A stretch of 64,000 nucleotides of DNA from Anaerolineae bacterium (GTDB lineage: Bacteria > Chloroflexota > Anaerolineae > B4-G1 > SLSP01): positions 2,600 through 66,599 of the forward strand of contig JBNGDO010000001.1 of assembly GCA_049975385.1 (NCBI GenBank). Direction: 5' to 3'. The notes beneath the pieces are model-generated. The model was given only the letters and a program-made list of their open reading frames with translations. It was not told the origin of the DNA and did not search any database. The position numbers and the translations under genes are program-made. Below are positions 19,285 to 28,409 of the stretch, in pieces. Numbering within the stretch: position 1 is the stretch's first letter; the number at the start of each line of letters is the position of its first letter.

Positions 19285-20352
19285 CTATACATTCTCATAA
19301 AGCAAGCAGCGCGCCCAGTGATCAGGCTCCACCTCAACCCAACTCGGAGCGATCCGGTCGCACTTGCCCGGCATGAATGAGGGACAGCGAGGGTGGAAGA
19401 CGCATCCGGAGGGGAGATGGAAGGGATCGGGCACCATGCCCTTGATGGAAGCCAGGCGCTCACTGCTGCGCTTGCCCACTTTCGGGATGGACTCGAGCAG
19501 CGCGCGCGTATACGGGTGCTTGGGTTCGTAGAAAACCTTGACTGTGCTGGCTTTTTCCACCTGCTTGCCCATATACATCACGACGATCTCGTTAGCCATC
19601 TCTGCGACCACGCCCAGGTTATGGGTGATGAACATGATGGCCATGTCCACTGTCTCTTGCAACTCACGCATCAGGTCGAGGATCTGTGCCTCGATGGAGA
19701 CGTCGAGCGCTGTCGTCGGCTCATCGGCGATTAGCATGAACGGCTCACATGAGAGCGCGATAGCGACCATCACACGCTGCCGCTGCCCGCCGGAGAGCTG
19801 ATGTGGATAGGCATCCACTCGCTCCTCCGGCTTTGGGATCCCCACCTTGCGCAACATATCGATGGAAATCTGGCGAGCCTCTTCCTTTGTCACAGGCCGG
19901 TACTTCGTAATCTTTTCAGCCATCTGTTCCCCGACCGGAATCCGGCGGTGAAGATCTAGCGCCTCGCCGATCAAGGTTCCCGTGGTGTACACGGGCGTCA
20001 GGGAGCTCATCGGCTCCTGAAAGATCATGGCAAATTCGCCACCCCGGATCGAGCGAATCGTGCTGCCGTCCGGATCGAGGTTTGTGATATCTACGATCTC
20101 TGGGGGTTTGCTTGGGTCAAACTTGTCTCGACGATGATAAAGGATCTTGCCGCTCACAATCTTCCCCGGCTTGGGGATCATCCGCATCGCGGCTTTAGCT
20201 GTGACCGATTTCCCACAGCCGCTCTCGCCGATCACGCCTAGCGTTTCCCCTCGGTTTACAGTATAGGTCACGCCATCCACAGCGTGGACCGTCCCGTCGC
20301 GCACTTCGAAGTCCACCCGCACGTCTTTGATTTCAAGTAACGGTTCAGCCAT
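19285..20352 (-). CDS. Oligopeptide/dipeptide-type ABC transporter ATP-binding protein (OppD/DppD-like)
   Basis: Walker A GESGCGKS, signature LSGGQRQR and C-terminal CVFHPRC. Start chosen at MAEPLLEIKD (ATG 20352). The longer ORF to 20520 overlaps the permease gene. Confidence 0.85.
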   Translation of the reverse strand: MAEPLLEIKDVRVDFEVRDGTVHAVDGVTYTVNRGETLGVIGESGCGKSVTAKAAMRMIPKPGKIVSGKILYHRRDKFDPSKPPEIVDITNLDPDGSTIRSIRGGEFAMIFQEPMSSLTPVYTTGTLIGEALDLHRRIPVGEQMAEKITKYRPVTKEEARQISIDMLRKVGIPKPEERVDAYPHQLSGGQRQRVMVAIALSCEPFMLIADEPTTALDVSIEAQILDLMRELQETVDMAIMFITHNLGVVAEMANEIVVMYMGKQVEKASTVKVFYEPKHPYTRALLESIPKVGKRSSERLASIKGMVPDPFHLPSGCVFHPRCPSFMPGKCDRIAPSWVEVEPDHWARCLLYENV

Positions 20353-20363
20353 TGTTCTCTCCT

Positions 20364-21527
20364 TTACCGTCCACCGTAGGGGTCCATCGCATCGCGCAAC
20401 CCGTCCCCAAGCATGTTGAAAGCCAGGACGGCCAGGATGATGAATGGGACCGGGATCAACCACCAGGGCGCGAAGCGGATCGCGCGGATGCTGCTGACTT
20501 CCTGAAGCAGGACGCCCCAACTGGTCAGCGGTGGGCGCAGCCCCAGTCCCAGCCAGCTCAGGGCTGTCTCCGAGAGAATCATGCCGGGGATCATCAGGGT
20601 GGCGGTGACGATAGCGTGGCTCAGCGTGCCCGGCAATAGATGCCGGAACATAATGCGCCGGTCGCTTGCGCCAGCGCTCTGCGCCGCCAGGACGTACTCG
20701 CGTTCACGTAGCGACAGGATAAGGCCGCGGAATTGGCGTGCCAACGTACCCCAGTTGATGAAAACGAGAATCAGCGTCAGCATGAAATACACTACGATAG
20801 GTGACCAGGTAATGGGGATGGCTGCCGACAGCGCCATGAACAGCGGAATTTGCGGGAAGGCGCCCACGAACTCCGTGAGGCGCATAACGAGGATGTCGGT
20901 TACCCCACCATAGTAGCCAGAGATTGCGCCCATCACCATCCCCAAGAAGAGCGTGAGTCCCTGCCCTATCAATCCCAACAGCAGCGAGAGACGCCCGCCA
21001 TAGATGATGCGCGAAAGGACATCGCGTCCCGTGCGATCCGTCCCGAACAGGAAAACGGTGCCCTCTGGGTATTTCTCTGTGTTGATGCCAAACAGATGTA
21101 TCCTGCTGGGAATGAGTCCTAGCAGCTTGTAAGGCTCTGCTTTGACGAAGAAGGAGATCGGGTAGATCTGATTCTTATCCACATTCCATGTCCGCCTGCG
21201 CGCCACAGCGTCGATTTCCACTTCCAGACCGTAGACGGCAGGACGCAAGCTAAACGCTCCATCGGGATTTTTGAAGACCAGGGGTTGTGGGCGCGCCTCC
21301 AGGAGATCGGATTGGGAGTTCACGCGATAGGGTGCAAAGAACTCGGCAAAAAGCCCACAGATCACGTAGAAGAGGATCAGCATGATTCCCCCAACGATCG
21401 CCAGTTTATTCTTTTTGAACCGCCACCAGACCAGGCCCCAATATGCCTGACTTAGATCTCCCTTTTCCTGGCCCACGACGGGTTCAGGTTCTTGTTTTTC
21501 CACGATTAGTGGCTGTTGCTCTGACAT
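20364..21527 (-). CDS. ABC transporter permease (OppC/DppC-like)
   Basis: BPD-transport inner-membrane component with an N-terminal extension typical of OppC. Confidence 0.85.
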   Translation of the reverse strand: MSEQQPLIVEKQEPEPVVGQEKGDLSQAYWGLVWWRFKKNKLAIVGGIMLILFYVICGLFAEFFAPYRVNSQSDLLEARPQPLVFKNPDGAFSLRPAVYGLEVEIDAVARRRTWNVDKNQIYPISFFVKAEPYKLLGLIPSRIHLFGINTEKYPEGTVFLFGTDRTGRDVLSRIIYGGRLSLLLGLIGQGLTLFLGMVMGAISGYYGGVTDILVMRLTEFVGAFPQIPLFMALSAAIPITWSPIVVYFMLTLILVFINWGTLARQFRGLILSLREREYVLAAQSAGASDRRIMFRHLLPGTLSHAIVTATLMIPGMILSETALSWLGLGLRPPLTSWGVLLQEVSSIRAIRFAPWWLIPVPFIILAVLAFNMLGDGLRDAMDPYGGR

Positions 21528-21542
21528 TGTCTCATCCTCCTT

Positions 21543-22529
21543 TCAGTCCAGGCGGATGCGCGGATCGAGCGCAGCCAGCATCAGGTCGCCAACCAGCGTG
21601 CCGACCATCGTCATCAGAACGATAAACACCAGCACCGTTCCGGCAAGGAACATGTCCTGTACCTGTAGAGCCTGCACGAAGAGCGGGCCGATCGTAGGTA
21701 AGTTCAGCACCGTCCCGACCAGCGCATCCCCGGCGATAACACCGGGAAGATAATCGGCCGTCAAGATGACGACGAGCGGGTTGATGGCGACGCGCACCGC
21801 GTGCTTCCAGGTCACTTTCCCGTTTTTTAATCCCCGCGCGCGCGCTGCTTCCACAAAGGGCTGGCCCAACGTCTCCAACAGGTTGCCGCGCATAAGCCGC
21901 ACCAAACCTGCCGTCCCCGTGACCGCGCTGATCAGTGCCGGGATCCAGAGGTGTTTCAGCAGATCGACGACGCGGGCCCAACTCCAGGGTGCATCGATAA
22001 ACTCGCGTGAGAACAGTCCGCCTACTTCTACCTTCAACACCATCATCGAGAAGAAGAGGACCAAGAGGGCTAACAGGAAACCTGGCATTCCCAAACCTAA
22101 GAAACTTAGTGTGGTGACGATCTGATCACCGAGGGAGTACTGGTGCGTAGCGGAGTATACGCCGATGGGGATAGCTAAACACCAGATGATGGTGATACTC
22201 GCCAGAGATAGGATCACCGACATCAGGGCGCGCTGCCCGATGATCTCCTTAACCGGTCGTTCAAACTGAAAGGATTCGCCGAAGTCACCCTTGACGAAAT
22301 TGGTGACCCAGTTCCAGTACCGTACCATGATGGGTTGATCGAGCTTGTACCGCGCGCGATACTCATCAATTCGTTGCGCGGCGCTGCGATCACCACGCGC
22401 CTGGAGCTCCTGAAGCTTCTGGGTGAGGAAGTCGCCTGGCGGCAACTCGATGATGAGGAAGCTGACGAAGGAAACCAGCACTACCATGATCACCATGTAG
22501 AGTATACGCCTCGCGATATATGATAGCAT
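21543..22529 (-). CDS. ABC transporter permease (OppB/DppB-like)
   Basis: Six-TM permease with the conserved EAA-like loop (EAARARGL). Confidence 0.85.
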   Translation of the reverse strand: MLSYIARRILYMVIMVVLVSFVSFLIIELPPGDFLTQKLQELQARGDRSAAQRIDEYRARYKLDQPIMVRYWNWVTNFVKGDFGESFQFERPVKEIIGQRALMSVILSLASITIIWCLAIPIGVYSATHQYSLGDQIVTTLSFLGLGMPGFLLALLVLFFSMMVLKVEVGGLFSREFIDAPWSWARVVDLLKHLWIPALISAVTGTAGLVRLMRGNLLETLGQPFVEAARARGLKNGKVTWKHAVRVAINPLVVILTADYLPGVIAGDALVGTVLNLPTIGPLFVQALQVQDMFLAGTVLVFIVLMTMVGTLVGDLMLAALDPRIRLD

Positions 22530-22657
22530 TCCTACCTCCTTCCTGCGGTTGAGAATACGTTAACCGACGAAAAACGCTCAGCACGCACAGTCGGGCAATG
22601 CGGGCACGATTAGGAAATCGCAGCTATAATTAGATGTTTGTGCGCGCAAATGAAAAT

Positions 22658-22690
22658 CGTGGAGGAGGGAAGTAGCTTCCCCCCTCCACA
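22658..22690 (-). terminator. Hairpin between the binding-protein gene and the permease genes (possible attenuating terminator)
   Basis: Stem gtggaggagggaag / cttcccccctccac, followed on the minus strand by a T-rich stretch. Confidence 0.5.
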
Positions 22691-22698
22691 ATGCTTAC

Positions 22699-24720
22699 CT
22701 ATTTATCCATCCACCACTGCTCAGGATGGCCATTGCCGGGCGTGCCAGGTGCCCAAGGGCCGGTCACGCCGAACTCCAAGATATTGCGCATGTAGTTCTT
22801 AGCGACCACAGGCATGGCCTGATCGCCGGTCGCGCCGAGATAGAAGGGCCCCTGCTCGATGTAGACGTCCACGGCCTCCCAGATCAGCTCGTGGCGCTTC
22901 TCCTCATCGGGCTCCTGTAGGCCTCGCCTGTAGATCTCTTGCAGACGAGCAGCCGGGCTGCCCGGCTCGGGCTCCCATCCTTGCTCGCCACCAGTCGAGT
23001 AATAAGCGCCCTGCCGCGGGAATCCGCGCGTTCCTTCACCAATACCACGGATCGGGAAAATCCAGTCGGGATAGGTCCAGAGGTCGAGCTCAGAAACATG
23101 GCCCGTCTTGAGCATATAGAGACCGTAGTCACTGCGGATCCCGTCCTCCGGTGTGCCGTCCACGTTGTTGATCAACACCTTGACCCCCACATCCTCGAGG
23201 TTCTCCTTGTAGACTTCAAGGAAAGGCGTGTTCAGCATGATGTTGCCCCAGTTGTTGAGATCGATGACAAGGGTGAACTCTGTTCCGCTGGGGAGGTCGC
23301 GCCATCCATCACCGTCGGCGTCCACGAGCCCTGCTTTGTCGAAGTACTCCTTGGCTAGGTCCGGGTTGTACTCCACGTAGGCATTGGCCCACTTGTTGAA
23401 CATCTCTTGCCCCTCCGGGCTGGCGAAGTGCCACGATTGTGGGCTGATGGTCATATTCTTGATGTCGCCGATACCCTCCCAGACTACGTCCAGGACGCGT
23501 TGGCGGTTCATCGCGTGCGACAGCCCGATGCGGAAGTCCTGGTTGCGCAGGAGTTCGCGGATCTCTACTGCCTCATCCGTTTCTTTCGCCGGATCGTACT
23601 CCTGCATTTCGCTGTAGTCCATGTTGATCATGATCCCAGGCCAGGCGCCGGCACCGTTCATCCAACCGGGCACCAGGCGGAAATCGCCGGCTTCAGCGTT
23701 CTCATTGAGCAACGGGATCTGTGTGGGGTCTTCAACGCCACGGAAGACGGCGTCATAGCGACCCTGAGCAACCTGTAGTGTACGAACCTCAGCGTCCTGC
23801 ACGAGTTCGACGCGCAGATAGTCGATGTAGGGCAGTTGGTTGCCTTCCGCGTCGACCTTCCAGTAGTAGGGATTGCGCTCGAAGAGCCAGGACTCTCCCG
23901 GGGTGTACTCCTTGAGACACCACGCGAACAGGCATGGATAACCTGGCGTCTCAGCGTAGCGGTTCATCAAGTCGAGCTCGGTGTACCCATCGTCACCGGG
24001 CTTGCCGTCGTAGTCGGGATGATACTGTTTGAGGAAGTGAGCAGGCGTCATCAGTGGTTCCCACTCCCAGAAGCCCTGGGCCAAGATGTAGGGCATGATG
24101 TAGTTGGGCTTGTCATACTTGAGCACCCAGGTGTAGTCGTCGGGGAACTCCATCGTGATGGGCGTTCCATCGCTGTTGCGGGCATACCACGGGACGTTGC
24201 GGGTTTTGAAGTTTTCGTTCTTTGCCAGATCTTCCCACCAAAATTTCAGGTCGGCAGTGGTCCAAGGCTCGCCGTCGGACCACTTAAGGCCCTTGCGGAA
24301 GTGGAAGGTGATCGTCTTGTCATCATCGGTCCACGTGGGCATCTCGGTCAACAGGCCAGGCTCATACCCCGTCAGGTCGGGTTTCCAGCGGACGGGCGGA
24401 TCGTAAAGCCACATTTTGATGTGACCCATACCACTATCACCTGTCACAGCATTCAACGTGCCGCCGTATTTGCCGATGGAATCGACGACGTCGATGACTT
24501 GCACATCTGCAGGCAGACGTTCCTCAACCGGGGGCAGGCCCATCGAATCCAGCATCGGAGATTGCTTATATTGGCTGGGTGCCGGTTCCTCTTTGGTCTC
24601 CGGAACGGCGGTAGCCGCTGGGGCTTGGGTTGTAGGCTCGGCCGTTGGCTTGGTGCAGGCTGAGGCCAGCATCGACAACGCCATCAACACACTAAACAGT
24701 AGAAACAGTCGCTTCTTCAT
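22699..24720 (-). CDS. ABC transporter substrate-binding lipoprotein, family 5 (Opp/Dpp-type, unusually large ~670 aa)
   Basis: Start at MKKRLFLLFSVLMALSMLASAC, which is a lipoprotein signal with a lipobox Cys. It is preceded by ggagg. The mature part is Pro/Thr/Glu-rich and is followed by the SBP_bac_5 fold. Confidence 0.8.
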   Translation of the reverse strand: MKKRLFLLFSVLMALSMLASACTKPTAEPTTQAPAATAVPETKEEPAPSQYKQSPMLDSMGLPPVEERLPADVQVIDVVDSIGKYGGTLNAVTGDSGMGHIKMWLYDPPVRWKPDLTGYEPGLLTEMPTWTDDDKTITFHFRKGLKWSDGEPWTTADLKFWWEDLAKNENFKTRNVPWYARNSDGTPITMEFPDDYTWVLKYDKPNYIMPYILAQGFWEWEPLMTPAHFLKQYHPDYDGKPGDDGYTELDLMNRYAETPGYPCLFAWCLKEYTPGESWLFERNPYYWKVDAEGNQLPYIDYLRVELVQDAEVRTLQVAQGRYDAVFRGVEDPTQIPLLNENAEAGDFRLVPGWMNGAGAWPGIMINMDYSEMQEYDPAKETDEAVEIRELLRNQDFRIGLSHAMNRQRVLDVVWEGIGDIKNMTISPQSWHFASPEGQEMFNKWANAYVEYNPDLAKEYFDKAGLVDADGDGWRDLPSGTEFTLVIDLNNWGNIMLNTPFLEVYKENLEDVGVKVLINNVDGTPEDGIRSDYGLYMLKTGHVSELDLWTYPDWIFPIRGIGEGTRGFPRQGAYYSTGGEQGWEPEPGSPAARLQEIYRRGLQEPDEEKRHELIWEAVDVYIEQGPFYLGATGDQAMPVVAKNYMRNILEFGVTGPWAPGTPGNGHPEQWWMDK

Positions 24721-24872
24721 TACAAAACCTCCTTCGAGTTTACTATGTGAAATTGGGAAATGGGTTTCATTGTCGTTGTGTATATTTGTATGGTACACCT
24801 CCTTAATTGAACTTGAACCGAAAACATACTTAGATTTACACCCTCCAAAACGGTTTGTCGTTGGCGGAGTGT

Positions 24873-26339
24873 TTACACCAATAAGGCCAGGGCCTGCGTC
24901 GTGCGCTGCACGGTCTCTTCTATCGGTGCATCTTCCCAGAGGATTTTCTGGAGCATATCCTGTAAGAAGAGGGAAGCATGCAGGTAATTGTTCAAAAATG
25001 GACGTGGGCGCGCCAATTCAAGGAATGGGATGATCCGCTCCAGCCAGGGATGCCCGCCGCTGCTCAGGCTGGCGTTGATATCCCGGTGTGGTGCAATTTG
25101 TAAATGTTCTTCGCAATATGCCTTTAGTGTCTCCGGCGTGGAAACTTGTTTGAGAATCTCGGTACAGAGTTCGCCCTCTGGCGACTGTCGTAAAATCGCC
25201 CAACTGGTGCCGCCTAGCGACATCACCTGCGGGGATGCCAGCGTTGGGCGCGGCGCCGGTATGAACCCCAGATGCGCGACGGCGTCTTCTTCCTCGGTCC
25301 AGTCGGACTCGTCCTGGATGTGTGGCCACTCGTAGCTGCCGCCCAGCGTCATCGGAGCCATACCCTTGGCCAGGTGATTGGTGAAGTCCCACCAGTGGAA
25401 GTTGACGACCTCGGACGGCAGATAGTGGCGTCGCCGCACCGAGATCCGGCGCAGAAAACGTAGCGCCTCACTGATGGCCGGATCATCTAACCGTGCATCA
25501 GCCCTCCCCGTCATTTGCGCGCCAGCGGCCCAAAAGAATGGGATCAGCAAATTGATCAACGCTTCTCCAGCGGCTGTACCGACAGGGATGACGACCGCAT
25601 ACTGATTGTTATAGCGCTTTTGTACTTCGGGTAGTGCAAAATGGTCGATTATTCCTAACCAGGTATCCCAAGTTTCCGGTGGCGCGATGCCTTCGGCTTC
25701 AAACCAGTCTCGCCTATACCACAGTCCGGACACGTCCGCTTGCACGGGTACGCCGTAGAGCTGGCCGTCTACGGTGTTGTTGAGGGCTACCGGCGGCTCC
25801 AGGCTTTGGGTCAGTTCGCGCGCCCACTGTTGATCGAGCTTGTCCAGGGGGGCGATGTACCCGGTGCGCGCGTAGTCGGGAATCCATACATAGTCCATTG
25901 GCACAATGTCCGGTGCCTCACCCTGGGCGACCGTCCGCCGCAACTGGCGGTGAAAGTCGTCGCGGGAGCACATCGTCACTTTTAGTTTGACTTCCTGATC
26001 GGGGTGGTGCAGGTTCCAGGCGTGGACGGCGCTTTCCATAGAGCCGAGCCAGAACACGTCATAGTGTGTGAGGACGTGAATGTCGGTTTGCTTTTCTATG
26101 CGTTTCGGCATACCACGCGCGACAAAGGTGCCTTGTCCGGCACGGCGATACAGATAGCCTTCGCGCGCCAGTTCGGTGAGGGCTTGACGTACGGGGGCGC
26201 GGCTCACATGATACAACTCGCATAACTCCATTTCGGTCGGCAAACGGTCGCCTGGCCGCAAAGTATCGGATTCCATTTGCTCTTTGAAATGGAGTTTGAG
26301 TTGGTAGTAGATAGGAACTGGAGAATTTCGATCAACCAT
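24873..26339 (-). CDS. GntR-family HTH regulator fused to a sugar-ABC (family 1) solute-binding domain
   Basis: The N-terminus PIYYQLKLHFKEQMES...LPTEMELCELYHVSRAPVRQAL is a GntR winged helix. The C-terminal ~400 aa resemble an extracytoplasmic sugar-binding protein. Confidence 0.75.
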   Translation of the reverse strand: MVDRNSPVPIYYQLKLHFKEQMESDTLRPGDRLPTEMELCELYHVSRAPVRQALTELAREGYLYRRAGQGTFVARGMPKRIEKQTDIHVLTHYDVFWLGSMESAVHAWNLHHPDQEVKLKVTMCSRDDFHRQLRRTVAQGEAPDIVPMDYVWIPDYARTGYIAPLDKLDQQWARELTQSLEPPVALNNTVDGQLYGVPVQADVSGLWYRRDWFEAEGIAPPETWDTWLGIIDHFALPEVQKRYNNQYAVVIPVGTAAGEALINLLIPFFWAAGAQMTGRADARLDDPAISEALRFLRRISVRRRHYLPSEVVNFHWWDFTNHLAKGMAPMTLGGSYEWPHIQDESDWTEEEDAVAHLGFIPAPRPTLASPQVMSLGGTSWAILRQSPEGELCTEILKQVSTPETLKAYCEEHLQIAPHRDINASLSSGGHPWLERIIPFLELARPRPFLNNYLHASLFLQDMLQKILWEDAPIEETVQRTTQALALLV

Positions 26340-26597
26340 AAATAGCCTAACCCGGATAAACCGGAACTAAGCAGGCCATCGATGCCCGTGTTCTCGCTCA
26401 TTGTGCAAGAATTTAGGTGGTTAGGCCCTGACTTCTTATCCTGAAGGGCACTTTGGTATTTCTTTATAACATTATAACACTGCGATTGCGGTTTGTCAAT
26501 AGGTTTGCCGGGATTTTTGCTGATCTATTTTCAAATGCGCGATTGACTTTGAGCCAAATTGGCGAGAATGGAGACGAAATCATTATCAGGAGGGGGT

Positions 26598-27215
26598 ATG
26601 GACATCTGGCAGGGACAGTGGGTACGTCTGCGCGGCGTGGAGCCGGGCGACGCCGATGTTTTCTTCGCGTGGCGTGACAGTGATATGGGGCGCTTTACGG
26701 ATTTTGTAAAGTTCCCACATTCATTGGAAGCCACCCGCAAGCACTTTGAGAAGATGGCGACGTCGGAAGCAAAGGACGACGCTTTCGATTTCGTCATCGA
26801 GAACGAAGGTGGAGAAGCCGTCGGCATTATCAACTCACATACCTGTGACCGACGGGTGGGGTGCTTTATGTACGGCCTGGCGATTGGCCCGGATTATCGT
26901 CGCAGAGGCTACGCCGCCGAAGCCATCCTCCTGCTGTTGCGCTATTTCTTCGATGAACGCAATTACCAGAAGGTCTCGGCGACAGTCTATTCGAACAATG
27001 AAGCCTCACAGCGCCTCCACGAGCGTCTGGGGTTTACGCTGGAGGGCCGCATCCGCCGCGTGGTCTTTACGCTAGGCCAGCACTTCGATGAGCTCCACTA
27101 CGGGATGACGGTGGAAGAGTTTCGGGCGAATAAGCGAATGAGCGAATGGATGAATCAGCGAATGGATGAATCAGCGAATGAGCGAATAGAAGAATTCCCA
27201 ACCACCAATCGCTGA
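26598..27215 (+). CDS. GNAT family N-acetyltransferase (RimJ/RimL-like) with repeat-encoded C-terminal extension
   Basis: Start at MDIWQGQWVRLR, after aggaggggg. The acetyl-CoA motif is RRRGYAAEAILLLLRYFF. The last ~30 aa (ANKRMSEWMNQRMDESANERIEEF...) are encoded by GCGAATN heptamer repeats. Confidence 0.75.
   Translation: MDIWQGQWVRLRGVEPGDADVFFAWRDSDMGRFTDFVKFPHSLEATRKHFEKMATSEAKDDAFDFVIENEGGEAVGIINSHTCDRRVGCFMYGLAIGPDYRRRGYAAEAILLLLRYFFDERNYQKVSATVYSNNEASQRLHERLGFTLEGRIRRVVFTLGQHFDELHYGMTVEEFRANKRMSEWMNQRMDESANERIEEFPTTNR
27126..27188. repeat. Tandem heptanucleotide repeat (GCGAATN x9) inside the 3' end of the GNAT gene
   Basis: Reads gcgaataagcgaatgagcgaatggatgaatcagcgaatggatgaatcagcgaatgagcgaatag. 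Confidence 0.85.
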
Positions 27216-27225
27216 TCACCAATTA

Positions 27226-27357
27226 CTAATCCCCACTTGCTTTTCTGCGTTGAAAGACAATGGGCAGCAATGGCAAGGCGACCACGTTGAGCGCAGCGAT
27301 GATGACGAACGTCCAGCGGAAACCCCAATACGCTCCCGCCGGGTCGATGAAGTGCTT
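27226..27357 (-). pseudogene. 3' fragment (~43 codons) of an MFS-type transporter gene, truncated at the palindromic repeat element
   Basis: Reverse-complement translation gives TKHFIDPAGAYWGFRWTFVIIAALNVVALPLLPIVFQRRKASGD*, a typical last TM helix plus C-tail. No upstream remainder of the gene exists, and the repeat element starts at 27357. Confidence 0.35.
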
Positions 27358-27469
27358 GGTAATCAGTAATCAGTAATTGGGGATTGGGAATCTGATGGTT
27401 CGTTTGTTCTCCGAACCTGCCAGTTACTAATCCCGAATTACCAATCCCCAATCCCCAATCACCGATTAC
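27357..27469. repeat. Palindromic modular repeat element (same family as 12266..12365)
   Basis: The left arm ggtaatcagtaatcagtaattggggattgggaatc and the right arm ccagttactaatcccgaattaccaatccccaatccccaatcaccgattacc flank an internal hairpin ggttcgtttgttctccgaacc. It overlaps the stop of the GT2 gene. Confidence 0.85.
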
Positions 27470-28403
27470 CGTTTGCCATTCGCAGTTTGCTCTTGAGCAC
27501 CTGACGGTAGGCGGCGATGCGGGCGGCGCGTAGGTCGCGGCGGTGGCCGACGAGCCATTTCGCGCCCTCGACGCCGGTCTGCCAGAGGTATTGGGCGAGC
27601 AGCCAGAGCCGCAGGAGTTCGGCGATGGTGTTGCCGTGGACTTTGCGCGTGTAGCGCACTTTGCTCGATTGGAAGTAGATGTGGCGCGCGGGCACAACCT
27701 GTTCGCTGCTCTTGCCCTCGTGGTGGATGATGCGCGCCTCCGGAAAGTAGACGACGCGCCACCCGGCTTCCCGTATCCGGCGACACCAATCCAGTTCCTC
27801 GGAGTACATAAAGAAGCCCTCGTCCATGCCACCAACTTGCGCGACAACTTCACGGCGTGTCAGCATGGCCGCGCCAGTGATCCAATCCACGTTCTGGATA
27901 AGATCATCGGGTTGCTCTTGCGCGTAGTAATAACGCAACAGCTTGCGCGGCGCGAGTTTTTCGAGCCAGGTGCTTTCGAGGAAAAGCACCGGCAGGGTGG
28001 GGAAGTGACGGCGCGAGGATTGCACGCTGCCGTCGGGATTGAGCAGTTGCGGGCCGGCCATACCTACATCGGGATGCGCCCGGATGTAGTCCACCATGCG
28101 CGGCAGTGCGTCCTCCACGATTTCGGTGTCGGGATTGAGCAGCAGCACGAAGTCGCCTGTGGCGGCGGCGAGGCCCTGATTGTTGCCGCCGGTGAACCCA
28201 CGGTTCTTTGCGTTGGCGATGACGTGCACGTCGGGGAAGGTCGCGCGCAGCATGGCGACGCTCTCATCGTGCGAGGCATTATCGGCGACGATGATTTCTA
28301 ATCCGGGTTTTCCATTCCATGAGGCATAGACGGAGGTGAGGGCACGCTTTAGCAGATCACGCACGTTCCAGCTCACGATAATGACGGACAGAACGGTGTT
28401 CAT
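27459..28403 (-). CDS. Glycosyltransferase family 2
   Basis: VIIVSWN...ADNASHDES...DFVLLLNPDT is the GT-A fold with a DxD-type motif, followed by the later ED..W region. Confidence 0.8.
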   Translation of the reverse strand: MNTVLSVIIVSWNVRDLLKRALTSVYASWNGKPGLEIIVADNASHDESVAMLRATFPDVHVIANAKNRGFTGGNNQGLAAATGDFVLLLNPDTEIVEDALPRMVDYIRAHPDVGMAGPQLLNPDGSVQSSRRHFPTLPVLFLESTWLEKLAPRKLLRYYYAQEQPDDLIQNVDWITGAAMLTRREVVAQVGGMDEGFFMYSEELDWCRRIREAGWRVVYFPEARIIHHEGKSSEQVVPARHIYFQSSKVRYTRKVHGNTIAELLRLWLLAQYLWQTGVEGAKWLVGHRRDLRAARIAAYRQVLKSKLRMANGNR

Positions 28404-28409
28404 CGGGGT

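Noticed and set aside
19285-24798. Using the longest ORF starts for oppD (20520), the binding protein (24798), nagA (15157), M20 (50741), the TLC-HEAT gene (5319), the GNAT (26559) and the SARP regulator (63699)
   Set aside because: The extensions overlap upstream genes or repeat elements and lack SD sequences. Internal starts with good RBS, signal-peptide or family-consistent N-termini were preferred.
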